DNA of 63,446 nt, the filler included, from Octopus bimaculoides (lineage: Eukaryota), in the NCBI RefSeq assembly GCF_001194135.2. It is 3 parts of 2 records of this genome, joined end to end, with 100 filler letters (N's around TTAATTAATTAA, not from the genome) between each part and the next. Parts side by side here need not be neighbours in the genome. Positions count along the whole stretch, not along the records: positions 1 to 31,995 come from NC_068981.1; positions 32,096 to 58,606 come from NC_068982.1; 1 more part is not named here. One strand, given 5' to 3'. The position numbers and the translations under genes are program-made. The notes below the pieces were generated by a model. It was given only the letters and a program-made list of their open reading frames with translations. It ran no database searches and was not told the origin of the DNA. Numbering within the stretch: position 1 is the stretch's first letter; the number at the start of each line of letters is the position of its first letter. Below are positions 25,561 through 37,713 of this stretch, one piece after another.

Positions 25561-26135
25561 AATAGTAAATATAAACAATACAGCATCATCGTTTTCTACT
25601 CTGTTACCTTGACACCCAGCCACCCGTAATGTTTGACAGCGGGTAGAACGTCTTTGATAGAAATCCTGGAATTATTAGCTGGTATTTTTGTATTCATCAC
25701 AGTTTGATGTGAAAGAGGAGGAGGAGGAAGTGAGAGGGGGAGGATGAAGTAAGAGGGGGGGAGGAAGTGTTGTCATGGTCTTATCAGATAGACTTAGACT
25801 ACAGGGGTAACGTTAGGGGATGTGGGATGAGTTTAAAAAAAAATCTGGGTGTGGCATCGAAAACTGATAAGAACAGACAAAATAGAAACACAGACGCACA
25901 GTCAGACAGACAGACATATGAACGGACAGACAGACGGACAGACAGACGGACAGACAGACGGACAGACAGAGGAACTGACAGACAGACGGACGGACAGACA
26001 GACTGACGGACAGACAGACTGACGGACAGACAGAGCGGCAAGTTACAAGGAACTGAGTTAGGAACAGACGACGAGGATTTGAGAGGAAGAACTCTAGAAA
26101 GCTGGAAATATTTCTCAGAGGAACGGATATATTGC

Positions 26136-26228
<93 letters not shown>

Positions 26229-26289
26229 CCATTGTCGTTAGTTCCTTCTAGATTTTCTTTTATTTTCTCGTTACTATCGTTATTTATTC

Positions 26290-26336
<47 letters not shown>

Positions 26337-27344
26337 CACAAATGCATACGTAGACTCATGTGCACACATACATACACATACTCACATACACATACTCACA
26401 TACACATACTCACATACATATACACACATACACATAAACATATACAAACATACACACATACACATACATGCATACACATACGCACATAAAATTACATACA
26501 CATAAACACACACGCACACATACACACATGCACATACACATACACATATAGACACATACGCATGCAGACACAGACACATACTCACATGCATATACTCACA
26601 TACATGTACATGTACACACATACACATGCATACATATATACATACATGCATACATACACACACATACACGCATACACATACATACATGTACATATATACA
26701 TACACACACATACACACATGCGCATACATACACGTACATATAAACATACACACACACATACGTACACACACATACACCCTCACACTTTGTTTTTTATTTT
26801 ATTCTGAATGTTGTTTGAATAAGTTGTTGTTATTGTTGCAATTGTTTATTGTTGTTGTTTTGGCTGATGTCTTTTCCCTCCCTTTTGACTTGCCTGGTTT
26901 GTTTGCAGGTATTTTGTTGCTTTTTTGCATTTTATCTTGTTTGTTTTTGCTTTTCTTTAAAAAAAACAACGTTATTTTATTGTTGTTGTTTTACATATTT
27001 TGTTGGTGTTGTTGTTTACTAATTTAACTGTTTTAACCTTCTCCAGTAGACCCCCCCCTTCCCTCATCCCCTTAGCCATGCCATTAACCCCGTTATTAGC
27101 CCTAATCTTATCTTGACGATCAGCAATGTTAATCCTTAAGACGATAAAGCTAACTTGAAACAACGCAAGTTGCAATGAATAAATGAATGGGGAGGAGTGG
27201 GAGGAGAGAGAAAGACGTTTTGAGGGAGAGAGAGAGAGAAAGAGGTGGAGGGAGGAAGAGAAGAAAAAAGGAATAGTGCTACAGAGTGTGACGGCTGGTG
27301 AAAAAGAAGATGTGAAGAAACAAAGATGAAAATGAGAAATGTGG

Positions 27345-27382
<38 letters not shown>

Positions 27383-27722
27383 CTCGTGATGCTATTGATG
27401 ATGATGATGATGATGATTTGTTTAATTGGCTACAAGGGCCCAAGATGTTGGGAAAGCGTACAGAGGCGAATGGTAATAAGAATGTCTTGTAATTTAAAAG
27501 AACAAAAAAAAAGGAGGAGGACGAGGAGGAGGGAAGGAGGAGGAGGATTTTTTTAAAGAATATTTCAGAATGGAACAAAAAAAAAAAAGAAAAGAAAATA
27601 ACTGGATAAAATATAAAAATAAAGGGAATGAGAATTCAAGATAAAAATAAGGATGAAAGAAAAAAGAAATAAAGAAAACAAAACACAAGTATAGCGTACA
27701 TTGTTATTTCTTTCCCACACTA

Positions 27723-27810
<88 letters not shown>

Positions 27811-28350
27811 GAGTGAGAGAGCAGTGAATGCCATCAAATTGACACTGAGGTAAAATATACGAAGCCGAGTATACCCATCATGACTACCCGTCTGATAAGG
27901 GTACACCAGGCACATGCATCACAACCATATGTGAGCGATACATTGATCTCATATAAAGATAAACAGCACATGACCCCGCAGGTGGGACCCAGTTATAATT
28001 TTCCTCAGGTCGAGTAGCCCATCCCACTCAAAAGGTCCCTGAATAAGGTTTGTTTAAGGATGTTGAGCAAAACAACCATGTTTCCAAAGGTGAATTATTG
28101 AAACCCCAAAGAACTCCTCTCAACACATGGCTATGATGCTCCCCCACTACTTCTGCTCATGATCAGAGATGCACATATCGTCAGCCACCAAGGGACATGC
28201 CCAACTTGTGAAAGTCAAGCAACTGAGCAGAATATTTACTGCAGTCTCATTTTTTATACCAAGACAAAACAATGTACATGATAACACTTCCAATCAGTAA
28301 AGAAGAGAAGCCATTAAAGCCACTGCCTGGCACTGCATCAGGGCATTTGA

Positions 28351-28351
<1 letters not shown>
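27811..28351. mobile_element. Unclassified ~540-bp repeat embedded in (TAT)n, copy 2
   Basis: Colinear with 444-982, with long (TAT)n tracts on both sides. Confidence 0.82.
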
Positions 28352-28384
<33 letters not shown>

Positions 28385-28386
<2 letters not shown>

Positions 28387-29160
28387 CACTATAGACGTCG
28401 CACAGAATACAATACCGTGAGCTTGTTGATTGAAGATATTGTATCTACTGAGGGTTTGTACTGCTTGTCAAGTCCATAACAAGGACCTCAGACAGAGAGT
28501 ACTTTACGCAATATATGTGCAGTTCCAAGTAATGCTGTCTTTTTGCAATACATCTAGATTGTAGGGTGTTTATAAGGTTTTCAGATGTTTTTTTTTTTCA
28601 AATTCGGTGGTATTGAACTCATTGCTCCGATGACAATAGTGATAACCTTTATGTTCGACTCTCGTAGCTGCCACATCTTAGCGATCTCAATTCTCAGCTC
28701 TCCATATTTATCAGCCTTTTCTCTTTCTTTCATAATGTGTTGATCTGACACTACTACGCCGACTATTAGGCACACTTGTTTGTCCCTCCTAAAGGTTACT
28801 ATGTCCGGCCTTCACTGCTCTAACACTTTGTCTGTCTGGAAATCAAAGTCCCAGAGGATTCTTGCCTTCCTCTTTTCGTCCATTACCTTTTCCGGTGTAT
28901 ATTGATACCAAGCTACCCATAGTAGCCAGTAGAGGTTTTGGGCTACTTTGTCGTGTCTACGCTTGTACTCTTTCTGAGCAAGACTTTCACAAGCACTAAC
29001 AATGTGAGTCACACTTTTGACCCTCTTCCCACACATTCTGCCGAGGTCCGATGCTCTTGTGTAGTATATATTCTTTTTCACTGAATTGGTAGTCAATGCC
29101 TTGTCCTGGGCCGCGATGATTAGGCTGAAAAAGAACATGTATGATAATCGACAAAGCATG
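28385..29160 (-). mobile_element. R4/Dong-type LINE 3' fragment
   Basis: AAQDKALTTN...RMCGKRVKSVTHIVSACESLAQKEYKRRHDKVA...ILWDFDFQTDK...RPDIV...EKADKYGEL...KTALLGTAHILRKVL, then TAA repeats. Confidence 0.88.
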
Positions 29161-29227
29161 CCCCGGTGACAACAGGATCAATGTGAAACAAGAATAAAAA
29201 ATAAACAAAACGACAAAGAAAGAAAAG

Positions 29228-29690
29228 ATAATCGGCCAGACATAATAGTTAAGGATTGAGGAAAAACACCTGCTTACTAATGGACATTGCAGTCGCTTCT
29301 GATCAAAATATTGTCAAAAAAGAAGTGGAGAAATTATCGAAGTACAAAGACATCGAAACTGAAGTAGTCATGGTGTGAGGCATGAAGGTGAATACAGTAT
29401 CAGTAATAACTGGAGCACTAGGGGTTATAAAAAAAACATGAACAAAAATGTAGAAGCTATACCTGGACCATCAACATTACACACTATCTAAAAATTTCCC
29501 TGCTAGGAGCAGCTTACATCCTACGCAAAACGCTATCAATTCAATAATACAGCCCAAACAAAACAACCCACAAACACCAGACACACTTTATACAGCAAAT
29601 ATCCAATAAAATAAACAACCACCAGCAGGCTACATACCCAACGCACTACAGACACAACACGTAATACAAACACTAAAGAGGAAGAGAAAA
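29228..29690 (+). mobile_element. R4/Dong-type LINE 3' fragment (second subfamily)
   Basis: NRPDIIVKD...MDIAVASDQN...EKLSKYKDIE...LLGAAYILRKTLSIQ*. Confidence 0.8.
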
Positions 29691-29699
29691 AAATACAGT

Positions 29700-30010
29700 C
29701 CCCTAAAATTTGAAATGGGAAGAATTTGGAGCATGCGAACTATAAAGGTAGTGCCTATAATAATTGGTGCATTGGGAACAGTAAGCCAAAATATAGACAA
29801 ATGGCTGAAGGAGATTGAAATAGTATAACTGGTAGAGCTCTTACAGGGAGTTTGTCTCTTAGGGACAGCAAGAATTATCAGGAGGGTTCTAAGCACTTGA
29901 AAAACTGCTGAAAACTTGGGGATACATAAGGATACATACCTGCTACCCATATAATACCTACCAGGAATAAGACTGAACCAGAGTCAAATCAATGATAATA
30001 ATAATAATAA
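29700..30010 (+). mobile_element. R4/Dong-type LINE 3' fragment (third subfamily) with (TAA)n tail
   Basis: IKVVPIIIGALGTVSQNIDKWLKEI...CLLGTARIIRRVLST*, then a 3' UTR and TAA repeats. Confidence 0.8.
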
Positions 30011-30225
30011 TCCTTTTTACTATAGGCACAAGGCCTGAAATTTGATGGGAGGGCGCTAGGCGACCACATCGACCCTAGTGCTCAACGAGTACTTATTTAA
30101 TCGACCCCAAAAGAAAGTCTACCGTGGTGGAATTTGAAGAACGAAATGCCGCTAAGCATTTTGCTTGGCGTTCCAACGATTCTGTCAGCTCACCGCCTTA
30201 GCTTGCAAGGATATTATTCACAAAG

Positions 30226-30600
30226 TGGCACTCCGTCGATTGCGACGGCGAGGGTTCTAGATGATCCGATCAACGGAACAGCCTGCTCTTGAAATTAACG
30301 TGGAAGTGGCTGAGCACTCCACAGACACGTGTACCCTTAACGTAGTTCTCAGAGAGATTCAGCGTGACACAGTGTGACAAGGCTGGCCCTTTCAAATACG
30401 GGTACAACAGAAACAGGAAGAAAGAGTGAGAGAAAGTTGTGGTGAAAGAGTACAGCAGGGTTCGCCACCACCCCATGCCGGACCCTCATGGAGGTTTAGG
30501 TATTTTCGCTCAATAAAGACTCACAACGCCCGATCTAGGAATCGAAACCGCGATCCTATGACCGCGAGTCCACTGCCCTAACCACTGGGCCATTGCGCCT
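30226..30600 (-). mobile_element. Full-length family C SINE
   Basis: Reverse complement of 18749-19134. Confidence 0.88.
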
Positions 30601-30892
30601 CCACACTCACAGAGTAGTACGCATAACAAAATAGAACAATGAACTGCTTACATAACAGCTTAAAGCAGTAATGCTCAAAAATTACATACGAGAGTTCTGA
30701 GCAGATGATGGTTCACATTCAGAAGTGAGGAAATGATTTACATAAGTACTGCTCGCATATTATTTTACGGGAAGACCGCTTATGTAACAGCTCACACTTC
30801 CCGTAAGAGTTCATAGGAATCCTGCTTAAATCACAGCTTACTGGAGAATGTCTTACATAACATCTCATATAAATGGCGCGCTGCTGCTGCTG

Positions 30893-30953
<61 letters not shown>

Positions 30954-30999
30954 CACTGCTGCTGCTGCTGCTGTTTTCTAAACTGTTTCTCTTAGTTAA

Positions 31000-31262
31000 A
31001 CGTGGCACTCCGTCGGTTACGATCAACGGAACGGCCTGCTCGTGAAATTAACGTGCAAGTGGCTGAGCCCTTCACAGACACGTGTACCCTTAACGTAGTT
31101 CTCGGGGATATTCAGCGTGACACAGTGTGACAAAGCCGGCCCCTTTGAAATGCAGGTACAACAGAAATAGGAAGAAAGAGTGAGAGAAAGTTGTGGTGAA
31201 AGAATACGGCTTTAGGTGTTTTCGCTCAATAAACATTCACAACGCCCGATCTGGGGATCGAA
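31000..31262 (-). mobile_element. Family C SINE with internal deletions
   Basis: TGGCACTCCGTCGG...TCACAACGCCCGATCTGGGGATCGAAA. Confidence 0.8.
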
Positions 31263-31264
31263 AT

Positions 31265-31605
31265 GAATCGACCTCAATACTACTTTTTAAAGCCTGGTAC
31301 CTATTCTCTCGGTATCCTTTGCCGAACTGCTAAGTTATGGGAACATGAACATACCAACACCGGTCGTCAAATGGTAGTGGGAGACAATCACAGACATAAA
31401 GACACACACATACTCACACACACATATATATAAGTATATATCTATATCTAAAACAAGATTCTTTTAGTTTCCGTTTACTAAATCCTGTCACAAGGCTTTG
31501 GTCGACCCGAGGCTATTGTAGAAGTCACTTGCCCTAGGTGCCACGGAGGGGGATTGAACCTGTAGCCATGAGGTTGGGATGCAAGCTTCTTACCGCACAA
31601 CTACG
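31265..31605 (-). mobile_element. Diverged family A SINE
   Basis: ACAAGGCTTTGGTCGACCCGAGGCTATTGTAGAAG...CAAGCTTCTTACCGCACAAC. Confidence 0.7.
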
Positions 31606-31617
31606 TTTGTATATGAA

Positions 31618-31643
31618 TCTATATATATAAAAATAAGAATGTG

Positions 31644-31678
<35 letters not shown>

Positions 31679-31935
31679 GTGAATCCCTAAAACTCGAGAA
31701 CTACGCAAACAATTTCATTCAAATTTTACACATGCCTTACTTGTGTTTTTAGTGAAAAAATTTTTTTTACTTCTTGCAGAGTTCGAGCCCACGGCAACAT
31801 AATATCTCCTCCACTATTTAAGTATTACGTGTCAAAAGTGAAACAAAAACACTCATGTCAAATACTTTCACTTTAAAAATGAAACTATTCTACTAACTGA
31901 AACAATCACATTTCGATACTGTAATGACAGATACT
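31618..31935 (+). mobile_element. Possible non-autonomous Helitron 5' end
   Basis: A|TCTATATATATAAAAAT start followed by (GTCT)n, the architecture of Lep1-like short Helitrons. The 3' end is lost in repeats and a gap. Confidence 0.45.
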
Positions 31936-32384
31936 TTCAGAGAGAGAGAGAAAGAGAGAAAGAGAGAGAGAGAAAGAGAGAAAGAGAGAGACAGANNNNN
32001 NNNNNNNNNNNNNNNNNNNNNNNNNNNNNNNNNNNNNNNTTAATTAATTAANNNNNNNNNNNNNNNNNNNNNNNNNNNNNNNNNNNNNNNNNNNNATATA
32101 CATATAGGCACTTAGGTCAAAACTTCGTCGTCACTGCCACTCATCTTGTTAAAGTATAATAAACATGTATTTTACTAAAAAGTATTGAGCTACCCTTCCG
32201 TTTAATGTAAAATTGTGTATATATACTTCGTTTAGCATTTTGGCTTGCAAATTGATGAGGTCATTAATGGCGATGAAAGAACTTTGATGAACAACTGATC
32301 GATTGTTTAACCAACAGATTATAAACGAGCGATCGATTAGTTAGATAACAAACCAACTGATTAACAATAATGAAGTTATATTGA

Positions 32385-32562
32385 ACTAGTGCGTGTTCCG
32401 TTTTTCCCTTCTTTGAACTTTCCTTGTTTCCGACGAAGAACTCCGCTCGAAACGTCATACTCTCTCTCTTTCCTTTCCCGAGCGTCTAGTAACACTATCT
32501 GTATCACGTCCTCACGTTGTTGTTTTTTGTTATTGATTTTTGTCTTTTTCCTTTTTTTGGCA
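32385..32562 (+). mobile_element. Second copy of the hammerhead-bearing short repeat
   Basis: Homologous to 16962-17146. Confidence 0.6.
32426..32460 (+). ncRNA. Variant minimal hammerhead motif
   Basis: GTTT-CCGACGA-A-GAAC-TCC-GCTC-GAAA-CGT-C-ATAC. Core variant with one mismatch each in stems I and II. Confidence 0.45.
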
Positions 32563-32904
32563 CTTGTTGTTGGCACTCCGTCGCTTACGACGACGAGGGT
32601 TCCAGGTGATGCGATCAACGGAACAGCCAGCTCGTGAAATTAACGTGCAAGTGGCTGAGCACTCCACAGACACGTGTACCCTTAACGTAGTTCTCGGGGA
32701 TATTCAGCGTGACACAGTGTGACAAGGCTGACCCTTTGAATTACAGGTACAACAGAAACAGGAAGTAAGAGTGAGAGAAAGTTGTGGTGAAAGAGTACAA
32801 CAGGGTTCGTCACCATCCCCTGCCGGAACCTCGTGGAGCTTTAGGTGTTTTCGCTCAATAAACACTCACAACGCCCGGTCTGGGAATCGAAACCTCGATC
32901 CTAT
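32563..32904 (-). mobile_element. Family C SINE, truncated by a gap
   Basis: Near-identical to the reverse complement of 18749-19134. Confidence 0.88.
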
Positions 32905-33966
32905 NNNNNNNNNNNNNNNNNNNNNNNNNNNNNNNNNNNNNNNNNNNNNNNNNNNNNNNNNNNNNNNNNNNNNNNNNNNNNNNNNNNNNNNNNNNNNNNN
33001 NNNNNNNNNNNNNNNNNNNNNNNNNNNNNNNNNNNNNNNNNNNNNNNNNNNNNNNNNNNNNNNNNNNNNNNNNNNNNNNNNNNNNNNNNNNNNNNNNNNN
33101 NNNNNNNNNNNNNNNNNNNNNNNNNNNNNNNNNNNNNNNNNNNNNNNNNNNNNNNNNNNNNNNNNNNNNNNNNNNNNNNNNNNNNNNNNNNNNNNNNNNN
33201 NNNNNNNNNNNNNNNNNNNNNNNNNNNNNNNNNNNNNNNNNNNNNNNNNNNNNNNNNNNNNNNNNNNNNNNNGTATATTTGAAACCTTATCTTTATCCAT
33301 GTAGAAGAGAGAGAGAGAGAGAGAGAGTGAGAGAAAGAAAGAAAGAAAGAAAGAAGAAGAAGAAGAAGAAGAAGAAGAAGAAGAAGAAGAAGAAGAAGAA
33401 GAAGATAAACGACAAAGAAAGGAAATAGAGCTTAATTCACACTCTTTCACATTGAAATATAAGTTGAATTGTCGGTCACAAACAAGCGAGGGAAGGGCAG
33501 AGAGAATTCCAAACGTTGAAGAAACAAGTAGCCGCCATTTGTTTGGTATTTGTATGTGTTGGACTTCTATCTGTTTCCTTTTCAGATTCTTTTTCTTTTG
33601 GTTGTGTTTTGAAGTTACATCAGTTCTACAAAAGATATGCCGTATAATATTGTTAATATATCCACGACTAATAAACATATTTCACAATCAATCTATAGTC
33701 TAGCTAGAAATTAGAAAGATATAATAAAAAAATTTCTAATTGCTTTCTTGTAGTGAACTGTTTTTCATTGAAATACGTATTCAAATGTGCATAAAACTTC
33801 TATAAATCACGAAAAATACGAAGCTAAAACAAATATTCTTTGGAAAACTTTAATCAGCTTTCATGGCAAATTTGTAAAATATTGAATATTCCCTCGCCTC
33901 AACCGAACGCATCATACATTCGTACATGCAAACATACATACAGACATAAATATGCATATATATATA

Positions 33967-34284
33967 TAAAAACAAATAGTAAATGAGTATATGCATATAT
34001 ACGTACAGGTGTGTGCATACCGACATCCACCTGTATGTATAGGTGCATATCTGGGTACAGGACATTGCAAACAAACCGTAGACGAGAAAACACACAAGCC
34101 ACATAGAGAACATTCTACTTCATCAGCTACCCCCGTTTTGTTCTCTATGTGGCTTGTATGTTTTCTCGTCTACGGTTTGTTTGCAATGTCCTGTACCCAG
34201 ATATGCACCTATACATACAGGTGGATGTCGGTATGCACATACCTGTACGTATATATGCATATACTCATTTACTATTTGTTTTTA
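33967..34284. repeat. Near-perfect inverted repeat (146-bp arms, 26-nt loop)
   Basis: 33967-34112 is the reverse complement of 34139-34284, with two mismatches seen. Confidence 0.92.
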
Positions 34285-34390
34285 CATGACTGAACGCAGC
34301 GTCTCCAATTGTAAGTAGTTTTCNNNNNNNNNNNNNNNNNNNNNNNNNNNNNNNNNNNNNNNNNNNNNNNNNNNNNNNNGTTTTCGTAAC

Positions 34391-34444
<54 letters not shown>

Positions 34445-35354
34445 TATATATGTAAACATAAGTTGTAGGTAAGGAAGAAAAGAAGTATATATATGTATAT
34501 ATATATGTATGTATGTAATTTTATTCTGTAATTTTAACAGTTACGACGTTTTCCCAATAACAAAAACTGAAGTTTGTGAAATTAAAAATCTAAACTAATA
34601 GGTAAATAAATAAATGAAAAGTTAATTTGCAAGCGCAATCAGTTTGGTAGTTACTGTAAGGTAAAATTCAGTTCAATAATTATCTTTTACCAGAAATACC
34701 CTTCCTCATTTTCTCTCTAAATACACGCACACACATACGCACGTATGTTCTGAACGCATCACACATTATTCGCTTCTCTGATATTTATTGTTAACATGTT
34801 AAAATTTTTGTGCAACGTAAGCAAAAAGGAAATGATGTGAATGTCATTTCAGAAAGCAACGATTTAAAACGACAACTTTGTGATTATGTCAAGCTTTTAT
34901 TTTGTTCTATTTTATTTTATTTTATTTTCCCCCTCCCAGACACGCATACTTTCGCTGTTAGAAACAATTTCCTATTAACTGTGAAAGGATGTCTTTTTAT
35001 TCAGTTAGTGTATTGTAAAGAGTTTCTTTATGTCAAAGAATATTTTCCATTAACCAACCAGGTTTACGTATAAAAATAAGCTACCAGCTAGAAAGAATTT
35101 TTAAAACAATACATACGTCCATAAAATGGTTTTACAGACGAAAGATGTTAAGTTCGTTGTTGTTTAGCCCCAGGTTAACACTAATTGAGCAGCAGACTTA
35201 CGTTGAAAAGATTGAAAAAATAGTTGTGACTATCTCGTCTTTTTCTCGGAACTACATTATCAACGCATGTGTGTGATGGAATTTGAAGGACATGTAGCGG
35301 TTAAGATATGCGACATGTAGAGAGATGTAACAAGTTAGGAGAAGTGACAGAGCT

Positions 35355-35955
35355 TTTTTTTTTACTTGTTTCAGTCATTGGACTACGGCCATGCTGGGGC
35401 ACTCACTGCCTTGAAGGGTTTAGTCCAGGGGTTCTCGACCATTTTTATCTATGGACCTCTTTGATTGCTATTCTATGTTTAAAAGCTAGTTTTATAGATT
35501 GTTTTTCACACATTCCCTTGTAGGCGCAAAATTTTTTCCAGCAGCCCTTAAAATGTTATTGTGGATCCCACAATTTACTATTTTATTGTGTGGATCCCTG
35601 GAAAATCTTATATGGACCCCAGTTGAGAACCACTGGTTTAGTCGAACAAATCGACCTCTGTATCTTTTTTTAAAGCCTTTTACTTATTCTATCGATATCT
35701 TTTTGCTGAACCACTATGTTACGGGGTCTTTATCAAACCAAATGGTGGTGGGGTACAAACTCAGACACAAAGATGCTCACACATAGGTATATATGCACAC
35801 ACACACACACACACACCTCTTTCAATTTCCGCTAACCAAATCCACTCAAGGCTTTTGTCGGCTCTAGACTACAACAGAATATACAAGCCCAAGGTGTCAC
35901 GTAGTGCGACAGAATCCGAAACAATGTAATTGGGAAGCAAACTTCATACCACACC
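35355..35955 (-). mobile_element. Diverged family A SINE hosting a hAT MITE
   Basis: TTACTTGTTTCAGTCATT...GCCATGCTGGGGC tail and CCAAATCCACTCAAGGCTTT body. Confidence 0.7.
35426..35635. mobile_element. hAT-superfamily MITE with 8-bp TSD
   Basis: TIRs CAGGGGTTCTCGAC / GTTGAGAACCACTG; GTTTAGTC at 35418-35425 and 35636-35643. Confidence 0.85.
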
Positions 35956-36189
35956 GCTGGGTCTGCGCCTTTATTAGAGATTTTATTAGCTGTTACATTG
36001 TTATACAACTACGAGTTGGATAAAAATATAAACATTTATATAGAGCAGGGATTCTCAGACATTTTTTACCTATGGGGACGAATTTGACAAGCTAAATAAA
36101 TTTTGAGGGAAAATTCCGAGAACAGAAGTAATCATGAAGATCGAAGTTTTCTATTCTTGGTTACGAATCCGTTATATACTTCCGATAGA

Positions 36190-36405
36190 TATTTGGTTTC
36201 AAATTTTAGCACCAGGCCAGAAATTTCGGGGAAGGAGTAAGTCGATTGCATCGACCTCAGTGCTTGACTGGTACTTATTTTATCGATTCCGAAAAGATGA
36301 AAGGCAAAGTCGACCTCGGCGGAATTTGAACTCAGAACGTAAAGACAGATAAAATGTCATTAAGCATTTTTGCCCGGCGTGCTAATGATTCTGCCAGCTC
36401 GCGGC
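36190..36405 (-). mobile_element. Family B SINE (tail type 3)
   Basis: GGTTTCAAATTTTAGCACC...AAAGTCGACCTCGGCGGAATTTGAACTCAGAACG...GATTCTGCCAGCTCGC. Confidence 0.85.
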
Positions 36406-36724
36406 TTTCAATTTGAGGCTCCTATACTGAATTGCAGATGGTAGTTCGAAATTATTACACAGCAGAGTGTCAGTCCATTATTTAGTGGAGTTCTGGAATA
36501 GTTATCTATACCTCATAGGAAAGGGGAAGGGCATGGAAATGGGTATAGGGTATAAATATTTTTAAAATTTGAAATTTTGGGTGAAAAATATTCTTGTAGG
36601 ACCATAAAAAAACCTTCAATGAAACACAGAAATACTAAAAACTGAAGGGAATAAAAACCTTGAGGTTTTCCTTCCCAATGAAGCAGTGATAATTCCGACG
36701 GCTATTTGTTACCAGTATTTTACT

Positions 36725-37050
36725 ATTACTTTTCTTTTACTTGTTTTAATCACTGGATGGCAGCCATGCTGGGGATCTGCCTCGAAGAGCTGTAGTCAAA
36801 CATATCGACCCCAGTACATATGTTTAAGCCTGGTGTTTATTCTATCAGTCTCTCGTTGCCAAACAGAACATAAACACACCGACACGGTTGTCAGGTGATG
36901 AGAGATAATGACACAGACACACACCCGACGGGCTTTCATATTGTTTCCACCAAGCAAATTCACTCGTAAGGGACTGGTCAGCTCTGAGCTATAGTAAGAC
37001 ACTTGCCCAACGGTACCGTGCAGTGGGACTATACCCGAAACCATGTTTGC
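36725..37050 (-). mobile_element. Diverged family A SINE
   Basis: CAGCCATGCTGGG...ATCGACCCCAGTAC...GACACTTGCCCAACGGTACCGTGCAGTGGGAC. Confidence 0.7.
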
Positions 37051-37713
37051 GATGCGATATCTAACTGAAATGTGCAATATGGTTTTCTGTTTCACCAGTG
37101 ATTTTCAAGCTGATGCTCACCATCCCCTCCCTGTCCGAAAAATATTGAAGAAAAAACAAAATAAAGTTAAAATCAATTTAATTGTCTCTGCAACATGATG
37201 TTGGACAAGTTTAAGAAGTTTAAAACTCCGAAATCTCGTAACTCTGCGACTGTGTATAAGTTCCTTTTACAGAAAATTAAATCGCAGAGATGGTGGTGTA
37301 GGAACCTTGTAAATGGAATTTGTCTGTGCCCTTTTCCAATCCTCACAGCACTGCCCCACTTCTGTGAGAAACACTGGGATAAACTGATGCGTGTTCTGAA
37401 ACGAAAAACAGATCTGTTAGTCATACTATCGTTCAATAATATGACACACAAATAGATACCATTTGTTAGACTATTTATTTACTATAGAACCAGGACCGTG
37501 CTAAGCTGGTAATAGGTTCATACCAGATGTAAAATGTAGGCCTTAGTTCATGTTGCTTATTAAGTATTTTAGTAACCACTGCTAAAAGCATAAGGCTTAC
37601 GTATAAGCTACGAGTAAGATATACATGTGTGAGTAGAGAACAAGTCTTCTAATAACGAAGTTAGAATTAAATCTAAGCCACAATTTCAGAACATATTAAA
37701 CATAATTGCATAA

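Noticed and set aside
27811-28351. HDV-like or hammerhead ribozyme in the 540-bp element
   Set aside because: Partial motifs are present (CTGAAGA, CTCAAAA-GGTCCC), but I could not assemble the required helices in order on either strand.
32040-32051. TTAATTAATTAA island inside Ns (also 58651-58662)
   Set aside because: Both are exactly 44 N + 12 nt + 44 N = 100 bp, and the 12-mer gives stops in all six frames. This is a synthetic scaffold-gap linker, not biology.
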